Source of the DNA: a virus
DNA: 64,000 bases
Reading direction: 5' to 3' (one strand)
IMG/VR virus record: IMGVR_UViG_3300050821_001994
Span: 3,834 to 67,833 of that record
In this document: one piece after another, positions 7,901 through 17,311 of the stretch
Position numbering within the stretch: position 1 is the first letter of the stretch
How the letters are laid out: every line of letters starts with the position of its first letter
Program-made: the position numbers and the translations under genes
Notes under the pieces: generated by a model
What the model was told of the DNA's origin: nothing
The model's input: the letters and a program-made list of their open reading frames with translations, nothing else
Database searches by the model: none

Positions 7901-8251
7901 AACATCCGATGCAACATCGTACAGAATGCCGAGCCTTCGGTCGCTGATCCTAGCGGCTTGATCCCCGGCTGGACTTCCTTAACAAACTAGGGGCACCGTA
8001 CGGATAACGTACGAATGCGAATTTCCTCTGATTAAGCTGAACCCTGAAACGGGAACAGACTGCAAGCAGCGAAAGCGGGCAGCAGTAGAGACTGAGCGAG
8101 GAAATGCCCGGACACGGGCAATGCGACAGTCCGATCTTGTGGGAATCAAACCACAAGCTAACACCTTGATAGAGTCCACTTTACGACGAGCCTCGGGCCC
8201 GATACTACCATTCGTATCCGCGAGATCGACGCAGCGTCGGCAATCAGCTAG
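4981..8251 (+). CDS. Major capsid protein (N4 gp56-like), spliced; exons 4981-5058, 5105-5119, 6118-6591, 7350-7586, 7823-7979, 8169-8251
   Basis: RBS AGGTGA; joined exons total 1044 nt and are open in frame: MGFSPAS..YYDKKFR|ENLKA|QTPFV..AGVIH|PFALGD..LRTY|IFGRDG..GWTS-Y-RVHF..SAIS*; YYD, IHP and IFG motifs fit gp56-like capsids. Confidence 0.88.
5059..5104 (+). other. 46-nt intervening sequence, candidate coreless group I-like mini-intron
   Basis: Contains in-frame TAA and shifts frame; exon UUCCGU pairs GCGGAA with U.G at the junction; UCUC pairs 3' exon GAGA; ends in G. Confidence 0.7.
5120..6117 (+). mobile_element. Group I intron 1 in capsid gene
   Basis: P1 AAGGCU/GGCCUU; P10 UUUG/CAAA; P3 CTCGGC/GCCGAG; P4 TCGGT/ACCGA; GACTA P7 strand; terminal G. 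Confidence 0.9.
5233..6108 (+). CDS. Double-motif LAGLIDADG homing endonuclease (intron 1)
   Basis: YVAGLIDADG and YLAGVFDGEG motifs; TGTGATATAAT promoter-like element upstream. Confidence 0.92.
   Translation: MKETKFAYVAGLIDADGSFSISRSESKEGYIHYDPLIRIRSKHLPTMRWLVDTFGGYHRPQILDGEIYYQWKFSSDTQASRFLEKIIPYVWIKQQQGLVLKEYYGLQGVQNKPLRQSLYEKIITLNQNESVTTNTPRLPFSGKILPAYLAGVFDGEGSAYVIRVKQTYSSGFYYRASISLGMSYKPLIMELQRLYGGAWRQRPPHRGKLPMYQWDVQDNKSKEIFSLSVLPYLVTKREQVNIALNFARMNGKPDPEKRIAMWKRCCALNGNMIEPELAGDRESASLVTTTA
6592..7349 (+). mobile_element. Group I intron 2 in capsid gene
   Basis: P1 AUCCAU/GUGGAU; P3 CTTGAC/GTCAAG; CCGTAACGACTA; same architecture as intron 1; last base is A. Confidence 0.88.
6681..7334 (+). 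CDS. Single-motif LAGLIDADG homing endonuclease (intron 2)
   Basis: YLGGLVDGEG; ILPYLVIKREQA. Confidence 0.9.
   Translation: MFQISKTKCSYLGGLVDGEGNICIWRTEARAHDYKVSGRVYPSFNLRLHIANTNVTLMKWLVSNFGGVYHMKKEATDRHAAAYEWRPKGEGNTKRTLLAILPYLVIKREQAILALKYIELPQQAPEAREAIYQRMRQLNQKGPKTVTTNTSSSLLLPEIPETVWEALREHEEKIESELGSDAESAPVVMRGSGTAQSVEQQLQQAGQRIVNALLDAR
7587..7822 (+). mobile_element. Group I intron 3 (236 nt, no ORF)
   Basis: P3 CAAGG/CCTTG; TCGGT/ACCGA; GTAGAGACTA..GATAGTCC P7; P9 hairpins; terminal G; removal restores TY|IFG. Confidence 0.88.
7980..8168 (+). mobile_element. Group I intron 4 (189 nt, no ORF)
   Basis: P1 UCCU/GGGG; P3 TTTCCTC/GAGGAAA; GTAGAGACTG..GACAGTCC P7; terminal G; removal restores the T|AT codon. 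Confidence 0.88.
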
Positions 8252-8372
8252 TTTGTCCGTTTGACAAACTTTGTGGTATAATCTAATTAGGTAGGGTAAT
8301 TCCTGCCTATTGAATTCGAGAGGGCGGGTGCCTTCATCACTCGCCCCCTTGATTCCCTATGAAGGAGGGAAT

Positions 8373-8960
8373 GTGGTCGAAGTAAAAATAGGAGATGTAT
8401 ACGGGCGCTTAACTGTTGTTGCCCGAGAAGAAAACGACGACAGACAGTTAACGCGGTGGACGTGCCGATGTAGTTGCGATGGCAAGTTGGTAGTCAAACA
8501 CGGCTTTGCTCTCCGAAGAAAAGTTAAGCCGACCAGAAGTTGTGGGTGTCTCCGGGCATACACAGCGATTTTGAACAACCACAAGAAACCGGGTCATCGC
8601 GCAATACATACTCCTGAGTATTGGGCATTCAAGGCGGCGTTCGGTCGCTGCACTAATAAGAACAACAGAAGTTACCCGCACTACGGCGGGCGGGGGATTG
8701 AGTTTCGATTCGCCTGTTTTGAAGATTTTCTTAGAGACGTAGGCTATCGTCCGTCTCCGAAACACTCCCTAGACAGAATTGATAATAACGGGCATTACGA
8801 AGCGGGCAATATGCGGTGGGCTACAAAAGCAGAGCAGGCCAAGAACAGACGCCGCCCTTTTGATCCGGACCGTATACAGGATGATTTGAATAGACTTCTT
8901 GTAGATTATGCTTTGGTGGCTTCAGCACAACTTGTCAACTTGACAAACGCCGTGCAATAG
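8373..8960 (+). CDS. Free-standing HNH-type homing endonuclease
   Basis: YGRLTV..CRCSC, YGGRGI, SLDRIDNNGHYEAGNMRWAT; GAAGGAGG RBS; TGTGGTATAAT promoter upstream. Confidence 0.85.
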   Translation: MVEVKIGDVYGRLTVVAREENDDRQLTRWTCRCSCDGKLVVKHGFALRRKVKPTRSCGCLRAYTAILNNHKKPGHRAIHTPEYWAFKAAFGRCTNKNNRSYPHYGGRGIEFRFACFEDFLRDVGYRPSPKHSLDRIDNNGHYEAGNMRWATKAEQAKNRRRPFDPDRIQDDLNRLLVDYALVASAQLVNLTNAVQ

Positions 8961-8968
8961 TGTAGAGT
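8940..8968 (+). promoter_or_regulatory. sigma70-like promoter for the downstream ncRNA region
   Basis: TTGACA-17 nt-TAGAGT, with the -35 inside palindrome TTGTCAACTTGACAA. Confidence 0.55.
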
Positions 8969-8984
8969 ATTGAATTGATTGGAT

Positions 8985-9342
8985 TTACGGGCGAACCTGC
9001 CCGCGAGTTTCGTTGTGGCGGAATAGACGAGGTAGCCGAAATCCTTGCCCGATAATGATTCTAGATTCACTGGTGGGCGAGTTCTGAGTAAGCTGCGGCT
9101 AGTAGACGCTAGACCTAGACGGGCGGAGACGATGGGGAGCGCAAGCGATTCCATTACCCCGTATTGAGCAGGTCAAGTCCCGAACGGTGCTCATGCAGGG
9201 ACATCCAAGGTGGCAGTCGGAAATCCTTGGCAACGAATAAATGGGCGAGGTTCGAAACTCGCAATGACTGTAAGCCTTCTGGTGGCCCTGTCGAGCTAAA
9301 AACTCGGTAAGTCAGTCTGGCAGCCCGGAACAGACGGGCAAC
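8985..9342 (+). ncRNA. Large structured RNA, possibly GOLLD-like
   Basis: No convincing ORF; TTCGTTG/CAACGAA closing stem; GTGGCGGAA, GTAGACGC and CCAAGG..AAATCCTTGG tRNA-like parts; T-loop GCGAG-GTTCGAAA-CTCGC; terminal GCCCG-GAACAGA-CGGGC. Confidence 0.55.
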
Positions 9343-9349
9343 TTTCCTA

Positions 9350-9553
9350 ATGAACTTCTCCAACTACTTTCGATGGGACATCATCGCAATGTCCGTGGCT
9401 CTCGCGGTGGTGTTCGCGTTTGAGATGGCGGGCGTGTTTGGAAAGCACTACGTTACAATCACAGCGATTGTACGGGCAACGATTCCTATCTGGTTGCGGG
9501 CGATGATCCTTGGCTGGCTCGCGTGGCATTTTATGATCGACCAACCCAAGTAG
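9350..9553 (+). CDS. Small membrane protein
   Basis: Two hydrophobic segments. Confidence 0.55.
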   Translation: MNFSNYFRWDIIAMSVALAVVFAFEMAGVFGKHYVTITAIVRATIPIWLRAMILGWLAWHFMIDQPK

Positions 9554-9565
9554 TACGGTTTCCGT

Positions 9566-9865
9566 ATGACCTTTGACGATTGGGCTGAAAGCCTGAACCT
9601 CCGGGCGAACACCTTCGAATACTTCCCGCCCGCGCCTGATGTTCGAAAGGCTTGGCGGTGTACTGGTCCTTGCGGGCAACTGATGTACGGGCTGGTACGT
9701 ATTAAACACTGGAATTACCCATCAGCGATTGTTCCTGCGGGCTTTTACTTGTCCGAAGATTACCCGAGAGTCTGTAACGTCTGTTGGGAGATGTACAGTT
9801 CGATTTCCGACCGATCCTATTGGGTTGCTGCACGGGCGACCGATAGCAGAAATACAAACGCCTGA
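9566..9865 (+). CDS. Hypothetical Cys-containing protein
   Basis: CTGPC..CNVC. Confidence 0.5.
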   Translation: MTFDDWAESLNLRANTFEYFPPAPDVRKAWRCTGPCGQLMYGLVRIKHWNYPSAIVPAGFYLSEDYPRVCNVCWEMYSSISDRSYWVAARATDSRNTNA

Positions 9866-10411
9866 AGAACGAAGGCGATTATCTTGGCTGAGATCAAAGA
9901 GAACTTCTTCCGGGCGAAGCCCGAACCAGTGACAATACCTTTGATTCAGTGGATGAACGATCCGATCTACCGGGCTCATTTCGGGATGTGGTGCCACCAG
10001 AATTTCGACTCGCTCGTAGATGAATACAAAGCTAACGGGCGTTTCCTTTCCGTACAAGAGATCGACAACAATCCTATCGAGTATTCAGACTTATCTTAAT
10101 AGCGTTTCAGCAATGAACGAAAACAACGCTATCCTTTAATTTCAAGCGACGGGCGACGGGCGGGAGCGCACCATTGGATTATGGCCCAAGCGAAGCTCCG
10201 AACTTGCCCGCTGAGTCATTCTCAGCACACCGCGCCCGCCTGCGGATCAATGAGGCGGAAAGAGTTGTCTTAGCGGGCGACTCTACGCCATTGCGATGTG
10301 AGTCGGCAGACAATATCATCGCGGCCCTCGCAGGATCGCCCAATCCGCTTTCCGTACAACGAGTATACCGCTGCCCGGACGAGGGCTTCTTAATTTCACG
10401 ATAAGGACGCT

Positions 10412-11005
10412 ATGAGCAGATGGTTTGATACGTACCACGAGGATACGGTCGGCAAAGATTCCGCCGCGATGGAAGCGGCAATGGAAGAGTACAGTCTTCG
10501 CCGCCACGAAAATAGCTCTGACCAAAACCGCGAGGAACTTGCCCGTTGGCAAGAAGAGAACTACGAGATGGTCTCGGAGTATCGGTTCCTCGATCCGAAA
10601 GAGTACAAAGATATCAAACCGCGTATCGGGCGAATTATCGGATACGACGAGTTCATAAACATACTTCGGCAGGATTGCGGGCTTACGTGCTTCTATCGGG
10701 AGATGGGGCACCCGCAAAAGCTAGCTCTATGGGTTAAGAAGGATTCCATCAGCCCAAACGCCGAGTGTGCTTGCTGGATTCAAAGACCTTTTATGATTGA
10801 GTACGAAGTACCGTCCTTCGACGCAAAAGACCTTCCTACGGGCACCCGTTTTAGGGGTTGGCGAACTTGTCTCCTTCAGATGCGACTCAAAGAAATGATT
10901 TCCGAAGAACGGATTAACAAAGTTTTTGGGCAAGCAACCGGACCCGCGTCAGCCCGATATTTACGCACAATGAAATCACTCAGAAATAACTACGGACTCG
11001 TATGA
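10412..11005 (+). CDS. Hypothetical protein
   Basis: AAGGA RBS; operon packing. Confidence 0.65.
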   Translation: MSRWFDTYHEDTVGKDSAAMEAAMEEYSLRRHENSSDQNREELARWQEENYEMVSEYRFLDPKEYKDIKPRIGRIIGYDEFINILRQDCGLTCFYREMGHPQKLALWVKKDSISPNAECACWIQRPFMIEYEVPSFDAKDLPTGTRFRGWRTCLLQMRLKEMISEERINKVFGQATGPASARYLRTMKSLRNNYGLV

Positions 11006-11268
11006 ACATCCAGTACCAAACAGCGGACAGCAGGCTCGCGGCATTTTTGCAGGTACGCGGAGTCCCGCTGTTCGGAACCGAAACCCGATATCAAGGCGAA
11101 GAAGATCGCGTGCATCTTCTCTTTGAAGTTGACGACAAACGAATCGCCGAATTGAAACGTGAATTCTTTGAGGGAGCTTCGGCCCCGGCCTTAGAGTTAC
11201 TCAATGCGCATAAGGCCACAATGCACACGATCCGTCAAGCGAGAGAACTCGCCCGCGAGCAACACTAG
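11002..11268 (+). CDS. Hypothetical protein (DUF5659-like)
   Basis: YQTADSRLAAFL pattern; ATGA overlap. Confidence 0.5.
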   Translation: MNIQYQTADSRLAAFLQVRGVPLFGTETRYQGEEDRVHLLFEVDDKRIAELKREFFEGASAPALELLNAHKATMHTIRQARELAREQH

Positions 11269-11335
11269 TCCGGTTTCCGTACGACAACGACCCTCGCCCG
11301 TTAAGACCCTAACCTAGACTCTACAAGGAATACCC

Positions 11336-11959
11336 ATGTCTGACGAACAGAAGACCGTAAAAGAACCTAAGATTAAGAAGACCTCGCAAGAACTGCTGTC
11401 CGCAAATCTCGATGACCTTTCCAACGAAGAGTTGGATCGTCGGGCAGCGGTGATCCGGGCACAAAAAGAAGAAGCCGATCTTCAAGACATCACCGAGCGA
11501 TTGGCTGACCGCAAGAACAAGCGGGACATGCGAAGCAACGAGTTCTACTCTCGCGGTCGTGAGATCAATAAGACCTTCCGCGATCAGGCCGCCGTTCAAT
11601 CGTCTTGCCAGCATAAAAAAGGAGGCCGAGGAAATATCCCCGGTGGATTCCTTCGCGGCAACGATGTGAACTACTCGGTCATCAAGCACACACTCCCGAC
11701 CAACCAGAAAATCGTAATCTGTACTCGCTGCGGGAAGCGATGGCCGCCCGTAAGCCAAGCGGACTTCAACATGAAAACAGCCGAAGGACAAGATGCTTAC
11801 AAAGATGCACGGGCTAAATACCAGTGGGCGCTTGATCTAAACACTGACAACAGCGAATCTAGTTCCATAACTTTTCAGCACACGAGCGAAGACAATAATG
11901 CTACCGCTCAGAAATTTGTGCATGACGTTATGAAGCCTGTTTTCGAAAACAACAGGTAA
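11336..11959 (+). CDS. Hypothetical protein with coiled coil and Zn-binding motif
   Basis: AAGGA RBS; CQHKKG..KH..CTRC. Confidence 0.65.
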   Translation: MSDEQKTVKEPKIKKTSQELLSANLDDLSNEELDRRAAVIRAQKEEADLQDITERLADRKNKRDMRSNEFYSRGREINKTFRDQAAVQSSCQHKKGGRGNIPGGFLRGNDVNYSVIKHTLPTNQKIVICTRCGKRWPPVSQADFNMKTAEGQDAYKDARAKYQWALDLNTDNSESSSITFQHTSEDNNATAQKFVHDVMKPVFENNR

Positions 11960-12014
11960 CCAAGGTAGGTGAAACTCCTAACCGCCGCCAGTTATAGTCT
12001 GGGGCACCTTTTCT

Positions 12015-12446
12015 ATGCCCAACAGCCAAATTTTCCCGCAGTCAACGTACCCCATCACAGGTGACGTGCAATCGACTCCGGGCGACCCCACGGTTCGAGT
12101 TCAGGGTTTCCAAAAGACGCCCGTGAGTTCGACCCCGCCGCAAGACGGACAAGTCTACGTTTACGTTGCGGACATCAACCAGTGGGTTGCGGCTGATCCA
12201 ATTGTTAGCGGGCCTAATGCGCCCGGAACAACACCTACAGCCAATCCTGTTCAGGTTGGTGGGAGCGACGACGGGAATCTTGTCCGTGAATTACGTCTTG
12301 ATAGTTCAGGCACGGTCGTATCCACGAACCTCGAAAAGCTTTTGATGTTACTTATTTCCGAAGTACGGAAAACGAATTTGATCTTAATGGATTTGTCGGG
12401 CAACGACCCGATAGGAGACCAAGATGGCGATTTTGAATCAACTTAG
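12015..12446 (+). CDS. Probable virion protein
   Basis: T/P/G-rich; within structural operon. Confidence 0.5.
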   Translation: MPNSQIFPQSTYPITGDVQSTPGDPTVRVQGFQKTPVSSTPPQDGQVYVYVADINQWVAADPIVSGPNAPGTTPTANPVQVGGSDDGNLVRELRLDSSGTVVSTNLEKLLMLLISEVRKTNLILMDLSGNDPIGDQDGDFEST

Positions 12447-13140
12447 GGTCGGAGATATGGGCCCGTTTATGGACGGGTCGATTGTCGATGCCCGTGGCGG
12501 GCGACTTGGCGAAGGCATCGTTTCAGAGTTAAACGGACGATTCTTCGAGCAAACATACCGTGGAAATATGTACTCCACGGGGATGCAGCTTACGTCGATC
12601 TCCAATGCGACGTTTACGACCGCTGACGCTCTTTCGGGCACGCTTGCGACGGCAGCTACGGCTACTCCGGTTGTGGGTATCTGGAATCCGATGACTTCGA
12701 CTATTAACGCCGCTGTCTTGCAGGCCACTCTTGGCGTCGTGACTACGGCGTTGACCGCTACGGGTTGCGGCGGATTTGTGTGGGCCGTATTTACCGGAAA
12801 CAGCGCAATTACCGTGGCTTCTCAGGCTACGCCCGTTAACAGGAGAACTCTGGCACCAAACGGTTCGCAAGTCAAAGGATTGTCCGGGCTGGCACTGACT
12901 GGATTGGTTGCTACGGGCAACTTCTTGGCCGCGTCTTCTCTTGGTGGGGGCTCTGTCTACAACGTCTCCGAACTCGCTACCGCTGCGGGCTTCCATACTC
13001 AGCAGGTTTCTTACACTGAGAATATTGATGGAAGCATCATCGTTCCTCCGGGCGGAATCTTGGGGCTGTTCTGCTCCACGACGCCCGTAGCACAAAGCGC
13101 AGTTAGTTCGATCACATGGGAAGAAGTCCCAACCCCGTAG
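12424..13140 (+). CDS. Probable virion structural protein
   Basis: A/T/G-rich, beta-type composition. Confidence 0.55.
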   Translation: MAILNQLRVGDMGPFMDGSIVDARGGRLGEGIVSELNGRFFEQTYRGNMYSTGMQLTSISNATFTTADALSGTLATAATATPVVGIWNPMTSTINAAVLQATLGVVTTALTATGCGGFVWAVFTGNSAITVASQATPVNRRTLAPNGSQVKGLSGLALTGLVATGNFLAASSLGGGSVYNVSELATAAGFHTQQVSYTENIDGSIIVPPGGILGLFCSTTPVAQSAVSSITWEEVPTP

Positions 13141-13168
13141 TCAATACGTAATCCGTACAGGAGATTCC

Positions 13169-13441
13169 ATGTTTCAATTTCAAGCATTTCAGACCAACCA
13201 AGTTACGATTACAGGAACCGCGACTCAAATCGTGGCAGCATTTTCATCTCGCTCGGGCATCGTGATTACTAATCTCGGTACTACGGATGTGTACATCGGG
13301 GAGAACGCCAACGTCACGACTTCGACAGGCCATCTTTTGCCCGGAACCAAAGGTGCAAGTCTTAGTTTCTCCGCAACAGGCGCTATCTACGGTATTACGG
13401 GCGGAAGCTCCCAAGCGATCAGCTACCTGCAAACCAATTAA
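13169..13441 (+). CDS. Small virion protein
   Basis: AGGAG RBS; beta-rich, ITNLGTTDVYIG. Confidence 0.6.
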   Translation: MFQFQAFQTNQVTITGTATQIVAAFSSRSGIVITNLGTTDVYIGENANVTTSTGHLLPGTKGASLSFSATGAIYGITGGSSQAISYLQTN

Positions 13442-13450
13442 GGAGTCATC

Positions 13451-14524
13451 ATGCCTAATAAACAATTCTTGATTCCGACTGAGAGTGGGCCGGGTGGTGG
13501 AGGAGCAGGTAGCGGCACGGTTACGTCCGTCGCGATGACGGGCGACGGCACCGTTCTTAACAGTACGGTTACCGGATCGCCCGTAACCACTTCGGGAACT
13601 CTAGCTCCTTCGTTAAAAACCCAGACAGCAAATACCGTTCTTGCTGGCCCGACTTCGGGCGGAGCCGTAGCACCGACTTTCCGATCTTTGGTATCGGGAG
13701 ACTTGCCCGCAGGTACAGGAACAGTTACCAGTGTGACTTTCACGGGTGATGGAACAGTTCTGAGCAGTACACCTAGCGAAGCAGTAACCACGTCTGGAAC
13801 CGTGACGGCGTCTTTGGCGACTGCTGGTGCAAACACCGTTCTCGGCAATGCTACAGGATCGACCGCCGCTCCTTCTTACGGGCAGATCGTTAACGCTCAA
13901 ATTACGAACTCCACAATCGACTTGACCGCTAAAGTTACGGGTGTCCTTCCTGCCGCTAACGGAGGCGTAGCCGTAAGCAATGCTGCGGGGCTCGGCGGAA
14001 TGTTTGTTGGGTTTGACGGCATCTGGGGCGTATACAACAACAGTGTTGGTGTTTGTACGGCGGCCAATATCGTCGATGCTTTTCAATTTGTTCAAAAGTA
14101 CACGCAGACTTTTACCCGAATGGCGATCAGGGTGACCACCACATTTGGTGCATCCTCCCACATTGGCGTTGCTTTATACGATTCTTCCGGTAATCGCATC
14201 ACCAACGCGACCACAGGGGCTTTGGATGGAACGTTAGTTTCAGGTGCCACGCAGGTTGTTACAGTTTCCGCCGTAACTTTGAATCCGGGCATTTATTACG
14301 TCGGGATAAGCACGGACGGGTCTGGGGCGACCACGGGAAGAGTATACGGGGCACTATTTGCGGTTGCGAATTCTGCCGTAACCCAATTCACTAATACCGC
14401 CCGAGGAAACCGATTTGTAACAGGAGCGTCAGCAAGTTCGGGAGGGGTGCCCCCCGCTACGCTTGGCGCTCTTTCATCCAACACAACCACACTCGGAGTC
14501 CCGTTACTTTGGGTCGAGCCATAA
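13451..14524 (+). CDS. Fibre-like virion protein
   Basis: Repeated GTVTSV..GDGTVL..ANTVL units; C-terminus paralogous to 39375-40430. Confidence 0.65.
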   Translation: MPNKQFLIPTESGPGGGGAGSGTVTSVAMTGDGTVLNSTVTGSPVTTSGTLAPSLKTQTANTVLAGPTSGGAVAPTFRSLVSGDLPAGTGTVTSVTFTGDGTVLSSTPSEAVTTSGTVTASLATAGANTVLGNATGSTAAPSYGQIVNAQITNSTIDLTAKVTGVLPAANGGVAVSNAAGLGGMFVGFDGIWGVYNNSVGVCTAANIVDAFQFVQKYTQTFTRMAIRVTTTFGASSHIGVALYDSSGNRITNATTGALDGTLVSGATQVVTVSAVTLNPGIYYVGISTDGSGATTGRVYGALFAVANSAVTQFTNTARGNRFVTGASASSGGVPPATLGALSSNTTTLGVPLLWVEP

Positions 14525-16198
14525 ATGGCGCAAGTAAGTATTTCTCCTGTTCCTTCTCCAACTCCAAACAACTCAACTGTCAACACAGGAGACTCTTTGG
14601 TATCATCTGGCTCGGGAGGCGGGGGAATTGTTCGGCAGGCGGGTATTTTTGTTCGGTATACCGATCCTAGAGGTAACGTAATAACCTCAGTCAATAAAGA
14701 CGGTACGGTTTCTGTTTATGGAATCAACTTCGCTGACGGAAGTTCGCAGACATCCGCTGCTACTACTCAGACTGTACCGACGAACTTTGCCAAAGTCTTT
14801 AATGTAGTTGACTACGGGGCGAAAGTTGACGGTCAGACGGATGATACTGCTGCGGTAGTGGCTGCAATTCAAGCTGCCTACAACGCAGGCGGCGGAACCG
14901 TTCAGTTTCCCACGGGAACTTGCCTGATAGCCGGACAAATAAATATCCCTAACGACGGGGGGACAACATTCGACAATAGCCCTCTTCAGCCGTCCATTAG
15001 GATAACTGGTTCTGCGACTTCTGGAGCGTTGATTCCGGGCGGTGGCGGGCCTGTAGTTCCTTTTGGTTCGGGCCCTGCGTACGGCGGCAGTGTTCTTAAT
15101 CTGACTTACAATTCTCCAACGGCTAAAATATCGACATTCGGATTCGGGCCTCTGGAAATAGACCATCTGACGATGGTGGATACCGGGTTGGATTCGGCGA
15201 CTTTCTTCTTCTCTTCGAACACAACTTGCCACATCCACGATGTTACGTTTCTTGGGACAAAGGTCGGTGCTTCGTCGGTTAATGACGCTATTTGGCTAGG
15301 GAACAACAACGCTACACCTTCCGGATCATTTAACGCGCCTTTTCAGGGATACGGAACAATCATTACCCACTGTTATTTTGAAGGTGTAAAACGGGCTCTA
15401 TTCGGGCAAGCATTCTGCAACAGTGTGATGTTTTCCGAAAACACTATTTGGAGCAGTGGCGGAAATTCGACGGGCGGGGCGATTGAACTAGGCGCATTGT
15501 CCGGAAATGCCGATGCTAACAACATCATACATAACCTGATTGAGACTACGTTTTACAAATACGGCGTTCGCGTAATTCAAGGGCTAAACAACAAAATAAT
15601 TGGTAATGACTGTTGGGACGGCGGAGCAGGAACATTTCAAGCTGCCGTGCGACTTGAACAGAATACCGCCAGTAATTTTGTTATCGGGGGCACGACGCTT
15701 GGTGCTGGACAGCAGCCTTATTTAAGTGACGGCGGCAACGAAAACACGGCCAGCAACGGCAATACGACCTATTTCAGCGTTACCCCGGCATTCCAACCAA
15801 GTTTGATTGGTAGTGCTCTGGGGGTTCAACTAAATGCCACGTCAAGTCTTACTGCCGGACAGGTTGTAAAGATAGACCCTAACAACCCTAACGCCGTAAT
15901 CGTAGCCACAACGTCAGACACGGGTGCGGGCATTCCGATTGGAATAGTAGCTAATAGTCCCTCTGCGGGGCAGATGGCTCAAGTTATATACTTTGGAAAG
16001 GTTCACGCGAACTCTCTTTTCGCCCCCTTGCTCGGAACAGGCACGGCGTCTCTCGGGCAGTTCGTGATTGTAGATACGACTACAAACGGTCGTGTCCAAT
16101 GCACGTCCTCCTACACAGCCGGAACAGTCATCGGAACAGTCATCAACGCACAGGCTTCGGTGGGTAGTCCGGTCGGTGTTCTTTTGGGCTTGCGGTAG
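14525..16198 (+). CDS. Tailspike-like beta-helix protein (pectate lyase 3 / GH28-related)
   Basis: FNVVDYGAKVDGQTDDTAA..GGGTVQFPTG motif; N-rich beta-helix repeats. Confidence 0.8.
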   Translation: MAQVSISPVPSPTPNNSTVNTGDSLVSSGSGGGGIVRQAGIFVRYTDPRGNVITSVNKDGTVSVYGINFADGSSQTSAATTQTVPTNFAKVFNVVDYGAKVDGQTDDTAAVVAAIQAAYNAGGGTVQFPTGTCLIAGQINIPNDGGTTFDNSPLQPSIRITGSATSGALIPGGGGPVVPFGSGPAYGGSVLNLTYNSPTAKISTFGFGPLEIDHLTMVDTGLDSATFFFSSNTTCHIHDVTFLGTKVGASSVNDAIWLGNNNATPSGSFNAPFQGYGTIITHCYFEGVKRALFGQAFCNSVMFSENTIWSSGGNSTGGAIELGALSGNADANNIIHNLIETTFYKYGVRVIQGLNNKIIGNDCWDGGAGTFQAAVRLEQNTASNFVIGGTTLGAGQQPYLSDGGNENTASNGNTTYFSVTPAFQPSLIGSALGVQLNATSSLTAGQVVKIDPNNPNAVIVATTSDTGAGIPIGIVANSPSAGQMAQVIYFGKVHANSLFAPLLGTGTASLGQFVIVDTTTNGRVQCTSSYTAGTVIGTVINAQASVGSPVGVLLGLR

Positions 16199-16387
16199 CC
16201 ACGTCAGCAGCTAGATACAAAGTTTGCAGCAAAGAGTTCTCGTTCGACCCGAAGTAATCACGCAGGGCTTTGGCATCTTCTTTCGACAAGCCCTCAAGGT
16301 ACTTCTTGAAGAACAATGGCATTTGGGTGGGTTTCATTCACTCATCTTAACACAGCACCCCGCCCCTAGTGGGCATGGAGATACACA

Positions 16388-17065
16388 ATGGCTTTTGACA
16401 ACGTATTTGAAGGCAGCCCGCCTTCCGGCGTTCCTAGTGGGCCTGCTTTGGGCGTGGATGTTGTAAGCGGAACTCTGTATGTCTCTCTTCCGAAAAGTGG
16501 CAAATGGGTGCAGGCGAGCAGTGCTTTAATCTCTAACCAAACATTTGCGGGAGAAGCCGGAACGTTAATCCTAGATTCTTCTGCGACACCGCAAAACCTT
16601 CTGTTTATAACGGGAACTAGAGGAACAACTAACCCCCCGGAATACGTTTCTATTTACGCGGGCAACAACATAGTTAACCGAACAAGCACCAATTTCTCGA
16701 TAGTGGTTGATACAACGGATGCCGGGTTTCTAGACATGTATCTCAATGCGGGAAACAATGTCAATATATGTAGCGGCGGGGCAGGTAATATTTGTCTTAC
16801 CGTAGGATCGAGAGTGGCGAGCGGAGACGGCGGCGCGAATAACGGCACTCTGACAAACGGTAACTTGTACGTTGGGTCAAGTGTAGTTGGCGGGGTTCCC
16901 ACAGTTGCTTCTTTGGTGTTGACAGCAACTCTTAGTCCGACCAGCGTCGGTACAGCAGGTAAAACAGGGCAGATCGCTTGGGATGCCAACAAGATTTACG
17001 TATGCACGGCGGGCGGGACTACGGGAAACGCGGTTTGGAAGGGTGTGGCGATTTCCGCTGTCTAA
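16388..17065 (+). CDS. Probable fibre or structural protein
   Basis: G/T/N-rich; C-terminal GQIAWDANKIYVC..W motif. Confidence 0.55.
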   Translation: MAFDNVFEGSPPSGVPSGPALGVDVVSGTLYVSLPKSGKWVQASSALISNQTFAGEAGTLILDSSATPQNLLFITGTRGTTNPPEYVSIYAGNNIVNRTSTNFSIVVDTTDAGFLDMYLNAGNNVNICSGGAGNICLTVGSRVASGDGGANNGTLTNGNLYVGSSVVGGVPTVASLVLTATLSPTSVGTAGKTGQIAWDANKIYVCTAGGTTGNAVWKGVAISAV

Positions 17066-17074
17066 GGACTAACA

Positions 17075-17311
17075 ATGAACGAATTACCGACTCTAACTAC
17101 TGAACAGAAACTAATGATTCGGGAAGCGCAATACGCGGTTACTCGGGCAAACGATATGGTGCGGGCGGCTCAAGACAAAGTTATCCAGATTGTACAAGGG
17201 ATCGCCCGCGACCTCGGAGTGACAGAGCCCGGAGTAATGTTTCAATTCGACACTCTGTCTTTCGAGCGACGTACGGATACCGTACAAGGACGCCCGTACC
17301 CACTAGAATAA
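17075..17311 (+). CDS. Hypothetical protein
   Basis: AAGGA RBS. Confidence 0.55.
   Translation: MNELPTLTTEQKLMIREAQYAVTRANDMVRAAQDKVIQIVQGIARDLGVTEPGVMFQFDTLSFERRTDTVQGRPYPLE

Noticed and set aside
4981-8251. Stop-codon reassignment as the cause of capsid fragmentation
   Set aside because: Other genes are intact in the standard code, and the breaks coincide with intron structures
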